IMG/VR virus record: IMGVR_UViG_3300024505_000864
DNA length: 64,000 nt
Strand: one strand, 5' to 3'
Source of the DNA: an uncultured virus (IMG/VR IMGVR_UViG_3300024505_000864)
Taxonomy: Duplodnaviria; Heunggongvirae; Uroviricota; Caudoviricetes
The notes under the pieces were generated by a model, which was not told where the DNA came from, did not search any database, and worked only from the letters and a program-made list of their open reading frames with translations. Both the position numbers and the translations under genes were made by a program. This document shows, one piece after another, positions 38,228-50,364 of the stretch (position 1 is the first letter of the stretch; each line of letters opens with the position of its first letter).

Positions 38228-39001
38228 TCATGATTCTTTAATCCAAAATCCATCAGCAGTCATTGTCCAACCTTCTGCAATCATTTCATCATAAGTTTTA
38301 TATTTTTCAGGTTGATTATTATCTACTTTTTGAAGTTTGAATGATCCATCTCGATTATCAATCCACTCTAGAGTATCACCCTCTTTCCAACCAATTTCAT
38401 TCAATAGACTCTCGGGAAGAATAAGATTATAGTCATCGTCAATCGTCACTTTCCATTTTTTTGTTATATTTCTGCGATAATCTTTTGGTGGAAACATTTT
38501 ATCAAATTCATCATTATTTACATTTTTCCAACCAAAATGTATTTGATGTGGAGGTAATGGACTCTTAGATGCATAATCTAGTTCTACTCTTTTATTATAA
38601 TATTCTGCTTCACGTAGATTATATTCTCTACATTGTTCTTTTTCTTCATCGGATGCTGCTTTATCGCACATTGCATCCAATTCTTCTTCAGTATATTGCG
38701 AGTTTGCTTTATTTAAATTGTTATTATTTTCAATAAAAGATTGTCCAGTTAGAATATCAATTCGAGTTTCTAGTGAATTTTCCAAACGATATAGTTCATT
38801 TGTCGTTGATAGGTTTTCTTCTTCAAGTACATTTACTCGATCATATAATTCCCTATTCTTATGCTCTAGACTAGAAATCCTAGTCATCAATTGATCAATA
38901 AAATCCGACAAATTGGTCTTCTGACCAGTGATCATATCATTTATATTAACTTGATAATCTTCAATTGTATTTTCTTTTGTAAGATTTTTAATAATATTCA
39001 T
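38228..39001 (-). CDS. Coiled-coil protein with AbrB/MazE-like domain
   Basis: VTIDDDYNLILPESLLNEIGWKEGDTLEW. Confidence 0.7.
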   Translation of the reverse strand: MNIIKNLTKENTIEDYQVNINDMITGQKTNLSDFIDQLMTRISSLEHKNRELYDRVNVLEEENLSTTNELYRLENSLETRIDILTGQSFIENNNNLNKANSQYTEEELDAMCDKAASDEEKEQCREYNLREAEYYNKRVELDYASKSPLPPHQIHFGWKNVNNDEFDKMFPPKDYRRNITKKWKVTIDDDYNLILPESLLNEIGWKEGDTLEWIDNRDGSFKLQKVDNNQPEKYKTYDEMIAEGWTMTADGFWIKES

Positions 39002-40620
39002 AATATACGATTAGATTTTTTTACTTTAATGTTAATTAGTTAAAAAGTCAAGATTTTTTTACAGGAGTAACACATTCACTACAATAAGTATCTTCCAATA
39101 ACTCAACTTCATCTGATGAAACTACTGTCCATTCTCCTGATTTATCGCAAAAATGTTCCCAAATTGGAATATTTTCCGATTCCATACGACGATATTGCTT
39201 TCCTCTATAGGGTTTAAAATAATCCCCAGTAAAATGTCTAGAAACTTCTAATTTTTGAATTTGCATAGATTCTACTATTCTTTGAAGTTCTACTATTTGT
39301 TTTTGAATTTCTTCGATAGTCATAATAGTTCTTATGTGTGGTTAATACTATTTAATCTTATTAAATTTTTTATATAAATTGTACATTTCTAGAAAGTGTT
39401 ATTCTTTTACATGATTTATCATCTTTAATAATTTCTACAAGATCTGCAAAGTAATCTTCAACCTCAGATAATCCAGAGGAACAACCATATTCCCATGCTT
39501 TTTCAAATAATTTATTTGCTTTTGGATGATGAGTAATTTCATACTTTTTAATAAGATCACAACAAAATTCATCTTGTAATCTTTTGTTTTCTCTATGATA
39601 ATGTTCCAAGTGTGTTTGATATGAAACTTCGTCTAAAACTTTTTCTTCTACACAGTTTTTTGGTGATTCAAAGTCTTCATCAAATTGTCTTTTCATTGCT
39701 ACCATTACCCCCTTTCGGTAATAATAGATGGTCATATATTTGTCTTTTGTTGGAACCGAAACTGTATTATTTTGATAACATGAATAAGGTCTCATAAAAT
39801 ATTCATTTGTTTTTTCGATAGGTTAGTTCAAGATCGATTGGTCAATCTTGAAAAAACTATAAGATATAAAGATTATAGTGTCTATACCTTTTTTTGGAAA
39901 TATTGCAGCATAAATGACGCATTATAAGAGAGTCTTATTGTTCCAAACACCTATTCAATCTTCCAAATAGTAAATATTTTCCTTTGGTCTATTTTGTTGT
40001 TTTTTAATGAATTTAGTTGCACTTTCAAGTGAATAAAATTCTATTCTTTTTGGAGGAAAGTCAAAATCCCAAAAATCCCACCACATAAAATATTTTTTAT
40101 ATTGTGGATAGAAAACTAAATCTCCAGAAAAATTTGATCGTTCTACAATTCGAAATTTCATTTTTTTAATTCAGGTACTTCTTTTTGATAATCTACATCA
40201 TTCCAATGCCGAATTACTCCAGCTACAATAAAACAATTTGTAATCAAATATGTTGCAAATATAACGGTTCTTACAATAGAAATAATATCTGCTTCCCTAT
40301 CATCTTTTCCGTGTTTTTCACCCAAAGAATAACTCCACAATCTCCAAATCGTTTTTCTTTGCTTTTTCATTGATAATTATTCTTCTAATTTCTTTGGTTC
40401 AGTATCATAGACATCAAATGATCCTTTTTTTAAGTTATGTCTAGATATGTATTTTTTTAAATGATCTTCGCAAACGAAATAACAGTATTTTTTATCTTTT
40501 CCTTCTTTATAAAATAATGTTATTGGAAAAAATTCATGAAAAGGTGGGACCTGCATATCTATACTAGAAGCAGTCCCACCTGTTTTTATTATTTTAGACT
40601 TCGATTTCCTTTTCATAAGT

Positions 40621-41229
40621 CTAATCCAAAGTAAGATTGAAAGAGAATGTCATTCTCATATTATCTTTGTGATAATCATATGATGTGACAGAGTGTTCAA
40701 AATATGGAGGAAACAATAAAACATCACCATCTTCTACGGATGGTGAAAAATCGGAATAGTAAAAATCATGCAATTCACAATCTTCATAACCAGGAAATAA
40801 CTGGGTACTATACATTTTATTTGGTCTATAAAACTTAGTAGGTGAAGCATTTTTATTGTAATATACTCCAGACCAATAGATAGCCTTATGCCCAGGGACG
40901 GCTAAATGATTATGAGTTTCCTGTCCTTGATTGTCATGATATATGTTATACCAGAAATCAGAAAAATAATAATTCAATGGGCATTTTAATTGAATGAGAA
41001 CTTCATCAATATCTTTAGTTAGATCTAAAATCATTTGTTCCCTGACTTCAGAAGGAACAAGAAGATCATCATCAGGAATATTCGGGAAAGTAGAGTTCAA
41101 TGGAACTATCCATCCCTTTGGTAGGTTTACCTGTTTTTCAATGTCATTGAAAAAATATTTGTGATGTTCTTTAAATCTAAATTTAATAATTGGAATAGGA
41201 AATAAAGCTAAAACATTAAAATCTATCAT
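40621..41229 (-). CDS. 2OG-Fe(II) oxygenase-like protein
   Basis: LFPIPI...WYNIY...HNH...SGVYY...EDGDVLLFP...H...RMTFSFN. Confidence 0.85.
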   Translation of the reverse strand: MIDFNVLALFPIPIIKFRFKEHHKYFFNDIEKQVNLPKGWIVPLNSTFPNIPDDDLLVPSEVREQMILDLTKDIDEVLIQLKCPLNYYFSDFWYNIYHDNQGQETHNHLAVPGHKAIYWSGVYYNKNASPTKFYRPNKMYSTQLFPGYEDCELHDFYYSDFSPSVEDGDVLLFPPYFEHSVTSYDYHKDNMRMTFSFNLTLD

Positions 41230-42867
41230 TTAAGTTTAGAAAGTTCACGAATTTTGTAATAGTTTAACAGATCTTCTATAAATTCCAAAGAAACATTATA
41301 ATATTCTGAGATCATTTCATTAGTCCAATTGGAAGAATTGACGAATTGTGCTAATTGTAATGGATCATAAGATTCAAAGGTCGTACTCTTTGTTCTTTTT
41401 CTGGTTTTTTTCGTGGAAGTTTTAAGTTTCATTGTGTGTGCTCTCTGTAAATAATGATTTGAAATACTGATTATAACGAAAAAATCGTGAAAGACTTGGG
41501 GTAACACCAAGACTCTCACAACATCTTATATATGAGACAAATTCATACCAAGGTGCAGTCTCATCAGTATCAGTCATAGTTTTCCACCAACTACTCCTTC
41601 ATATTTAACAGTATTTTCAGACCACCCTTCTTGAATACCTTTTAGATAAAAACGAGTTGCATTTATACATTGTTCTTCAGTCAATGAAGTTACAATACAT
41701 TTGCCTTCCTTATTATAAGAGTCCCAGGTTCCCCACTTCTTTTGTTCTACACGAAAACAATCATCAATCCAAGTATACTCTTCCATTAAATTACAACTCC
41801 ATATTTTTCACGTAAGATCTTTTTATAAGGTAAACCTTCCTTTTTCAAATCTCTTACTAGTTTAAGTTTTTGATATAGTTGAACATTTCCTCCAACTCCA
41901 AGTGCATAAAGAATTGTATCCAATTCTTTATCATCAATAGGTAAATCCATAAAATTCAATCTTCAGAATCCAATCCTTCAATCATACTAACTGGAACTTC
42001 ATTTCCTGCAATAGAGTAATAATGCTCACCTTCACGAATTCCAAGATATTGAAGATCGGAAAAAGTATGCTCTCTAAGGAGTGCCTGAAGTTGTAGATGC
42101 ATTAATTCATTTTTGCTTGGCACTTTCACTATTTTGTTTCTCTTGGTTTTGAATAAATTTTTTAAGTTCGGGAGTTTCTTCCCAAATCCAAACCGTTCCG
42201 TTTTTTTGTTCAAATGTTTTAGTTGCCATTAGACATAATCTCCTACAATAAATTCTTCTTCAGTTACTTTACCATTTTCTATAAGATTTTCAATCATTTC
42301 CCAATAAATCAGTGCTTGATCTTCATCTCCTTCAAACAATGCCTCTTTACGAAGTTCAATCAATTTGAGATAATCACTCATCCTCTAATTTAAGAAAACA
42401 GACACTATTAAATTTACCATTCACTCCTTTTAAAGTCAATTTTGTATGATAAGAATGAACTTCAATTTTTTCTACAATATAAGTATTATTTTTAATTAGA
42501 ATCCCATTTGGGTCATCATTATTTCCCCAATTAATTTGTTCCTTTAAACATCCAATAAAGACTACAATATCTCCCTCAATAATCTTCTTCATCTATAATT
42601 TCCCATTCTAAATCATAGTTAATTGCTTCAATATATTCTCTTACTGCTTCAATTGGATTTTCCATATAAATTCCAGATCCAATATCACTTATATGCTCAG
42701 CAACATCAGAAAGATTTACTAAAGCATAGCATACTGCTGGACCATATTCGTCAGGTTCAAATCTAGTTTGCCTATGTGTCAAAACCATGTCTTCGACAAT
42801 TGCCTTTACATAAGCAGTCTCATAATTTTCAAGACTTACTTCAAGAATTTCTACGTTAGACATAAAC

Positions 42868-43176
42868 TCACATTACAATTTTTGTAGTCTCACCTGGACA
42901 AACATCTGGTGTTTCTAGATTCTGAAACATTAAATGTGGTCCATGATAATAAATGTAAACATCACTTAAATCTTCCATGGTAAGATTAGGATATTTCTTC
43001 AAAACATCCTTCTGACTTAATCCTGAATTTGCAAGATTTGCTATAGTTTTTACTAAAACTTCAGTTCCACGAATGCATGGTTTTCCACCACAACGATTTT
43101 TTTGAATCGTGATCCGAGGACACAAATAGGATACAGGATACTCTTTAGTAAATTCAAATTCCATTTTCATCTTCAC
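42868..43176 (-). CDS. DUF433 domain protein
   Basis: CGGKPCIRGT..LV...G.S...VL..YPNLT.EDL. Confidence 0.8.
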   Translation of the reverse strand: MKMKMEFEFTKEYPVSYLCPRITIQKNRCGGKPCIRGTEVLVKTIANLANSGLSQKDVLKKYPNLTMEDLSDVYIYYHGPHLMFQNLETPDVCPGETTKIVM

Positions 43177-44493
43177 TCAAATCTTCATTGTAAAATTCCT
43201 TGGTATAAAATTCACATCCATCGTAGAAAGATTTTTCACAATATCCAACTGCTAGTACATATGACTTAAAAAGATTAAACAATTGCCAAATAGTCATGTC
43301 ATCATCATTGGATGTAATTGTTACATTCTGATCACGCAGACTTCCCTCATAAATTTTAAGTGGAGGGTTATCATTCTTATAAATGTAAGAAAATGTGTGT
43401 GTAACTGATGTATCGAAATTCATAGATCTCCTTTTATCTATAACCATTATACGACGTTATGGGTGACATCTCAAGTCACTTTGTGCCAGAGTCTGGATCG
43501 TCCACCTTACCATAAGACATCATTTTAAGATGCTTTTGATATGAAATTTTTTTGTATCTTTTCGCAATAGGATCAGGAATCCAATGGACTTCAACATAAT
43601 CTGCACGTTGAAGTTTCATGAATTCTTCTAAAGTTGAATGAAAAAATCCAAGTTGAACATTTCCATCATGAGTTATCAATGTAGTTTCACTGGTGCGAAC
43701 AACATATAAAGTCAATCTTCAAATTCCTTTCTCAGTTGCTTTGCAATTTTAGCATATTCCCACCTTTTGATCAAATTTGTAATGGGGTTTTTAGGATGAA
43801 ATCTTATCATCCAGTAAAATCTTTTTGTATTTACTTCTAAAAGTTTATACAACAAAATTACATACTTTGCAACACTTTCATCTGTTGCTATAAAGTATGC
43901 AATTACAGAAAATATTGACAACCATACGTAATATGTGGTCATATTATTTTTTTAAATTGTCTATTATATATTGAAATTTTTTTGCCTTTGATTTATGATC
44001 AGAAGCAAATTCATTTAAGATATCTAATATATCGTCTAAAACAACTTCTGGAGAAATCTCGTCGTCAAAATACTTTTGTATTGCTTCAGACAAGTAACGT
44101 TTTCTACTCCATTCTATTGTATAAGGTTTGTAGTCCATTCTAAAAAGTCATATAGTTCAAACTATAGAATATCTATTTTTCGTTGTCAAGTTCTTTTAAA
44201 TAATCCGTCCACCATTTTGGATCTTTCTGACACTTCCAGTTGGGAACTTCCTTTCCCATCTCAAAATACCATTCCCATATTGCTTGATCAATAATATCTG
44301 CGACTTCAATCTTCCTCATCCTCTTTATCAACATCTGCATATGCTCCCTCCACGTAAGGTCCGTGTTCTCGTTTGGCATCTTCTCTGACATAATTGATCT
44401 CCGAAGCACTAGAGGACAACCATAAAGATACTTTCATAATCACATAAATGATTGCAAGGGGGAGAAAACATAGTGAAAGGATGATAGTATTTT

Positions 44494-44694
44494 TCATTGA
44501 TTTTTTCTGTCATATTGATGCCATTTACACCAACCATCTGGTGAGATTTTACCACTTACTGCAGTGCAAGCATTTGGAGGTCTCCACATGTTACAATTGG
44601 AACATTTTTCATTTCCTTTTGGTTCATTTTGATATTTTGCAATCGATTTAGATGCTTTTTCTTCCTCGAAAAGAAATTCTTTAAATGTTTTCAT
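44494..44694 (-). CDS. High-potential iron-sulfur protein (HiPIP) with capsid-targeting-like N-terminus
   Basis: YQNEPKGNEKCSNC...PPNAC..VSGKISPDGWC; MKTFKEFLFEE. Confidence 0.8.
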   Translation of the reverse strand: MKTFKEFLFEEEKASKSIAKYQNEPKGNEKCSNCNMWRPPNACTAVSGKISPDGWCKWHQYDRKNQ

Positions 44695-44893
44695 TCATCA
44701 ATTTCCCAACATTTTTCGAATTTATATCTTAGTTCGTTAAGTTTCATTTCTTCCCAATACTTTAACAGATGTTGATTTATTTCCTTCTCCTGCTCACTAA
44801 ACTCTAATCGATATTTATGTTTAATATTTATTAAATGTGCCATATCATCCAAAAAAGTAGTTGGCATATCCAAAAACTCTTCATAATCCATCT

Positions 44894-45214
44894 TTAATCT
44901 CTTTGACGCCAATCATCGGGTTTATCTTCCGTCCACCAATCTATCATATCATCAATATCATCAAATCCTCTTTTTCCAAATCTTTCGTGCCCTAATCCAC
45001 CAATATCAAGTTGATTCAAAAAATCATCCATATCACCTTCTTGCATATCAGGATTTTCTGCCTTTCTCCTAGCCTGACGAAGTATAGTAGAAGCAGAACG
45101 ATTTGATTTTGCAAGTTTTTCGGCCCAAATCATGTCCTCTAAACTTACTTCTTGATGTAAAGCAATCTTTTTACAAATTGCTTCAAGACGAAGACGATAT
45201 TGTGTAGATAGCAT
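44894..45214 (-). CDS. Cyanophage-type hypothetical protein
   Basis: ORF track; late promoter CTAAATA at 45242-45236. Confidence 0.75.
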   Translation of the reverse strand: MLSTQYRLRLEAICKKIALHQEVSLEDMIWAEKLAKSNRSASTILRQARRKAENPDMQEGDMDDFLNQLDIGGLGHERFGKRGFDDIDDMIDWWTEDKPDDWRQRD

Positions 45215-46919
45215 AAATTACTCCAGATATAGGGTTATTTAGATTATCAAACAAATTTACGAATAGTTTTCAAATAGTCTAAAACATTTTCCCTAATTTC
45301 CATAAATTCATTATAACATTTTTGATCATGTGAACATTGACGAAGTTCCTGATCTGGTTTTAATACAGATTCCACAAAGAGATCCAAACCTCTGTTCCAT
45401 TTTATGTCTTTAGATTCTTCACTATAACTTAATTGTTGATTGTTCATCTTTTTTCAATCCTAATGGGACAAGATGGAATAGTTTTCTTTACTTCCAAAAC
45501 AATTTCATTTTTTTGTTGTTCGGTAAGACCTACTATTTTTTGCAACCTATTGATAATACTAAGTGCCTGAGTACAGGAAATCACGGTTGTAGAAATTAAT
45601 ACAACCATAACTTTCGATATATACTGTTAATATTTAACAATGTCACCAACTATCCTTTTCTTTTTTTCTAAGTGATTTTAATTCTTGATATAAAGACTTA
45701 ACCTGTTGATGTGCATCTTCTGGACTTAATTTTCCAGAAATTTCGAGTCCTGCTATAATAGCAACACGATCGCCAAAATTTGCAAGTGCTATTTCATATG
45801 GGGAAAGTTCTTTATACATTTTTAAAATCCTTTTTTTGTTGATTTATCGTGAACAGTGATAATATCTAAAAAATCTGGAATTCTGCAATTTTCAAACCAA
45901 AAATTTCTTACATCTTCATAATAATCAAACTTCTTTGTTGTATTATTTTTTAATAATACTTTATAATAATGTCTATCATAAAGACCATCCGAAGTTTGAG
46001 AAAACAAACTTGGTAAATTAACCATTATGCAACCAAAAGCAAATCATCAGACCAAACTGGAATAAACGAATTCCAATCCAATTCTTTATCTTCAAGATAA
46101 TAGCACAGTTCATCCTCATCTTCAGGAAGTTGTTCAGAATTCAAAAGAAAGAAGTCTGAAATTCCCAATGTTTGTTTCCCATCTTCATCTTCAATGGTAG
46201 CAACCACTTCTACATGATTTTTAATTTGACGAACAGTTTCAATAAGATTCACGTAAATCATTTTTTAGTTTTCCTCTGTTGTTTGGCAATAAAGTTTTTT
46301 GCAGATTGTAGATTATTAGCTGTATGGACTTGATATCCATTATTAATAATCACATATTTAGTGTTACCATATGGAATTGCAGCCCACATTCCATCTCTAG
46401 TTACATAAGAAGAATAAGGTTCTGGTTCTTCCAAAGGTCTAAATGCAACAATGGTCATCGAGAGTAATCATCGAAATCAAGATCAAAGTATAGTTCTTCC
46501 AAGTCTTCGGTGTCAATTCCCAAATAACTTGCAAATTCATCCAGATCCTTGTTTTTAATTTCGGTTAAAATTTCTTGCTCTAACTGGTTGTTCATGAGAC
46601 ATTTTCTCCATTAGTATCCATATCTGGAGATCATATCATCCATTCGATCATTATCACGATATTCATCTTCGAAGTCTTCAAGATCTTCACTGCTTTCATT
46701 TACGAAAAGTTCTTCGTAAATTGTATCTGAATCTTTTTCTAGATAGATTTTTGAAGTCATAAGAAGAAAGAAGGGTACAAGTTTATATAGTAGACACAAT
46801 CACAGTTTTATGGTTGTGTCTTAATATCTTAACGATTGTATTCTCATATGTCAAGATAAAAACCAAGATACCCCCCGTATGAAAAAATTAAAATAGTATA
46901 TCAATATTTTATTGCCTTA

Positions 46920-47189
46920 TCACTCTGCAGCAGGCCAAATGTCCTCAGCAAGTTTTGCTTCGCCAGTTGTAATTGCAGATTGTAGATCTGAAATATCTTC
47001 TCCAGAATTAACAATTTCTTCATCAGAAACAACAAGTTTCAGATGCCCAACATTACGTTCAATATTAGATTTTAATTCTTTAGAAGGTGTTTTTCCCCCA
47101 TCTAATTTTGCAATAGTATCTTCAATCACCCAAACACTATCTCTAGCTGCAGTAATTGTTCGTAAAATTTGTTCTTGAGTTCTTTCCAT
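46920..47189 (-). CDS. Hypothetical protein, last gene of the fibre-modification cluster
   Basis: ORF track; adjacent to the sulfotransferase. Confidence 0.7.
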   Translation of the reverse strand: MERTQEQILRTITAARDSVWVIEDTIAKLDGGKTPSKELKSNIERNVGHLKLVVSDEEIVNSGEDISDLQSAITTGEAKLAEDIWPAAE

Positions 47190-47190
47190 T

Positions 47191-48105
47191 TTAAGATCCT
47201 ATAAAGTTACTAGACTCTTCTGAGTCTTGATTGTTTATATTTATATTTATATTAACTTCACTATTTTTATCTAATTCAAGATCTCTCCAAAATTCAAGAC
47301 CTTTACATCTTGATAAAATACTTTCCGAGAGTACTTCTTCTGGAGGTAAAGAAGTTTTTTTCAATTCTTTTCTGACTTGATGCATATCACTCAAACCATA
47401 AGTAGCAGCATCATTCTCATTATTGATATTAATGAGATTATTGAATTCGTGTTCATAATATTCTTCATCGAGAAACTCATAAATTTCTTTCATCGTTTCT
47501 TCTGGAGAATTAACAAGATTATCGTATTCAACAAAATGTAAATATTTTTCTTGTCCTTTCATTAATACATTTCTAATTCCCAAATAACTTTGTCCAAGAA
47601 TTCCAGATTCACTAACAAGAAATTCACATCGATTATCATCTGTTAATGGAATATTAGATTTAATCAACATCTCATCAATAAAATTTATTTTTCCATTTAC
47701 TTCATATGGATTGCGATGATGTATCGAAATAAAAGATGCTAAAATTTCATCAATATTTCTAACGGGGCAAATAATCTTTGGTGTAATTCCTAAGTAACCT
47801 TCGATATAATGAATTCGATTGACCCAAGATCTATTTTTATCAAAAATTACTGGTTTTTCTACATCATAATAATACTGTTGAATGATATTAGAAATAATCA
47901 TCGATGCTTGTTCTGGTTTTGGATATGCCAAAAACAATTCATCCTGAGACAATTGTTGTTCTAGCATAGCCATTAACCCAGTTACAGGAGAACTGGGTCC
48001 AGAATAAAATCTTGGATTTTGATTTAAAATACTAGATAAAATTGTGCTTCCCGAACGAGGAAGTCCTGCCATAAAATAATATGTTTTTTGCATGGGTTCT
48101 GTCAT
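47191..48105 (-). CDS. Sulfotransferase
   Basis: GLPRSGST PAPS-binding loop; DK.R.W; VEYDNLV..PEET. Confidence 0.85.
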   Translation of the reverse strand: MTEPMQKTYYFMAGLPRSGSTILSSILNQNPRFYSGPSSPVTGLMAMLEQQLSQDELFLAYPKPEQASMIISNIIQQYYYDVEKPVIFDKNRSWVNRIHYIEGYLGITPKIICPVRNIDEILASFISIHHRNPYEVNGKINFIDEMLIKSNIPLTDDNRCEFLVSESGILGQSYLGIRNVLMKGQEKYLHFVEYDNLVNSPEETMKEIYEFLDEEYYEHEFNNLININNENDAATYGLSDMHQVRKELKKTSLPPEEVLSESILSRCKGLEFWRDLELDKNSEVNINININNQDSEESSNFIGS

Positions 48106-48114
48106 GGTGTTAAT

Positions 48115-49017
48115 TTACTGAGCATCAACGGATTTAACAATTTCATGGAAATCGAATAGTTCTATCCCTTCTTCGTAGGGATACTCAACTTCATTACCAT
48201 TAAAATCAAAATCAAAAAGATAACTTCCTGGCAATTTAAAATCATATGGTACTGTTGTGCAGATATTGTGGTGAATATCATATCCAAATACTTTTGGACT
48301 AGTCCCATTCCACAAAACTGTCGATGATTTATTTAGGGCAGCAGATGCATGTTGCACACAGGAATCAATTAAGATTCTTTTTTTTGCATGGAGGACAATA
48401 CTAAAATACTCCATTAAACTTAATGAGTTTTCTGGTGTTGCAAAAATATGTTCTGCACCCTCTAACTTTGGAGAATTAATTTTTGTAAGTTGAATAATAT
48501 GATATTCTGATTTGTAATAATCCGCAAGTCTTTCTGCGAGATCAAATGGCATATCTCTTGTCCAGGAATATGGTTTTGCATCGGCAGTCATGAGTCCACC
48601 ATTAGTGTGGATAATCATGACTGGTTTTTCTCTCTGCCAAAATTCCTTTGATATACTATGTTGAAGTTTATTAAATCTTATTTCTGGTTTTTCTCCAGAA
48701 TATTTGATGCCATACAAATCACACCAATTCTCGATTAAACGTTTGCGTTTGTGAATATGGTTAGTTGTATAATATGGTTCATTATGGAATAAAATAGAAT
48801 CTTTATCTTGAATATATTCTTGATAAAAATATTGCGTCGATCCTAGAGTATAAACTCTATGAACATACGGAAGATTTATAAAAATATCCGCATATGCACA
48901 GACTACAACTAGTTTTCTATCTGGATGGTTTGCTTTAATTGCTTTTGCTACTGCAGTTGCTGCAATGTGCTTACCAATGCCACCTTGAACATGAAAAATA
49001 CTATACTTTGATTTCAT
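48115..49017 (-). CDS. GT9-like glycosyltransferase
   Basis: GGIGKHIAAT...IDSCVQHASAAL...VLW. Confidence 0.7.
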   Translation of the reverse strand: MKSKYSIFHVQGGIGKHIAATAVAKAIKANHPDRKLVVVCAYADIFINLPYVHRVYTLGSTQYFYQEYIQDKDSILFHNEPYYTTNHIHKRKRLIENWCDLYGIKYSGEKPEIRFNKLQHSISKEFWQREKPVMIIHTNGGLMTADAKPYSWTRDMPFDLAERLADYYKSEYHIIQLTKINSPKLEGAEHIFATPENSLSLMEYFSIVLHAKKRILIDSCVQHASAALNKSSTVLWNGTSPKVFGYDIHHNICTTVPYDFKLPGSYLFDFDFNGNEVEYPYEEGIELFDFHEIVKSVDAQ

Positions 49018-49065
49018 ACCGAATAATCAATTTATCTAAACTATGTATAACGATATTATGATCGA

Positions 49066-50364
49066 TTAAATTAAAGCATCTCTCTTTAAAATTGTTAATC
49101 CATTATTGTTTGTTTTATACTTATAAAATTTCCAATGAGGATTCATCATTACAAACTCAATAACTGCAGACAATAATCCTCTATTGTCCTTTCCATCTTC
49201 TCCTTTGAGACCAAATGTATGTGTATCATGAAATGCAATATACTTTTGTGCCTTGTTTCCGTGAAGATTTAATTCTTGTTTGAGTTGATTGTATACGTGG
49301 AAAGTATCGATAAACAATAAATCAACCTCTTCAATTTCTATATCAAGAACATCTGCTTGAATATATTCAACAGATTTTCCTTGTTGTTTAGCAATATCAA
49401 AAAGTTTTTTGACATTTGAATCCAACACAATATCAAAAGAAAGGAGTTTGACATCTGTATTCAAAAATGCCCTAGTACTAACTCCTGTTCTTACTCCCAT
49501 TTCTACTACAGTCTTACATTCATTTGCTAATTCATAAAGTTCATGAACGTTTTCGTTGATATCACTTGTTATTTTTCTTGCTCTTTGATATTCTAAATCA
49601 AATATATCAGTCTTTACACTTTTATTTTTACGTTGTTGTGCATAAAAATTTATCATATTATGCGGGATGTCCCAGTTTTTTCCGTTGATAAAATGATCAT
49701 ATGATATCAAATTCTTTGAATCTAATTCAATCCGTTTTGAAATATCACTATCGGGATCGTTAAACTTTGTAAGAGTTTCTGAAATAGTCCCTTTGATTTT
49801 ATTTGAATTGATTGCGTAAATATTTTTTGCAGACTGTGCAAAGAAATCATCACCATACCAGACTTGATATAAAGATGGTATTATTTTATATGATTCTCTT
49901 AGCATAAACATACAAATTCCAAATGCCCACGACTGAGATCCAATAGGTCTTTTGGGATCATAATTTAATTTTACAATCTCTTCCTTTGTATCAATATAGT
50001 CATCAATTTTATAATTATTTTGCCTTCCCTGTAAATTTACACCAATTAAGTCTCCATCCGAAAGATTAAAATCAATAATCATATCAAATACTTCAGAAGA
50101 TACTTCAATATCGTCGTTTAATATACCTATAATTTTAGATTTTGATCTATAATATCCTTCATTCCAAGCAGGATTTACGAAAATATTTTTGCCATATGAA
50201 ATGATATCAATTTTTGGGTGATTTAAAATCTCGTATGATGGTCTTTTTGATTGGTTGTTATCAATAATAATAATTTTATTAATTGATTTGTGGTCGGCAT
50301 AAATTTGCAGAGATTCTTTGAAGTTATTTGCAAACCACATAGTTGGAATAATAATATCAATCAT
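49066..50364 (-). CDS. GT2-like glycosyltransferase fused to a SAM methyltransferase
   Basis: IIIPT...IIIDN...AWNEG...LNDD; C-terminal EMGVRTG...LFIDT. Confidence 0.8.
   Translation of the reverse strand: MIDIIIPTMWFANNFKESLQIYADHKSINKIIIIDNNQSKRPSYEILNHPKIDIISYGKNIFVNPAWNEGYYRSKSKIIGILNDDIEVSSEVFDMIIDFNLSDGDLIGVNLQGRQNNYKIDDYIDTKEEIVKLNYDPKRPIGSQSWAFGICMFMLRESYKIIPSLYQVWYGDDFFAQSAKNIYAINSNKIKGTISETLTKFNDPDSDISKRIELDSKNLISYDHFINGKNWDIPHNMINFYAQQRKNKSVKTDIFDLEYQRARKITSDINENVHELYELANECKTVVEMGVRTGVSTRAFLNTDVKLLSFDIVLDSNVKKLFDIAKQQGKSVEYIQADVLDIEIEEVDLLFIDTFHVYNQLKQELNLHGNKAQKYIAFHDTHTFGLKGEDGKDNRGLLSAVIEFVMMNPHWKFYKYKTNNNGLTILKRDALI

Larger units (their letters stand above)
37155..46800 (-). 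other. Block of many small hypothetical ORFs
   Basis: Tightly packed minus-strand ORFs; TTGACA-17-TAnnnT promoters near 44161-44189 and 46826-46854. Confidence 0.75.
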
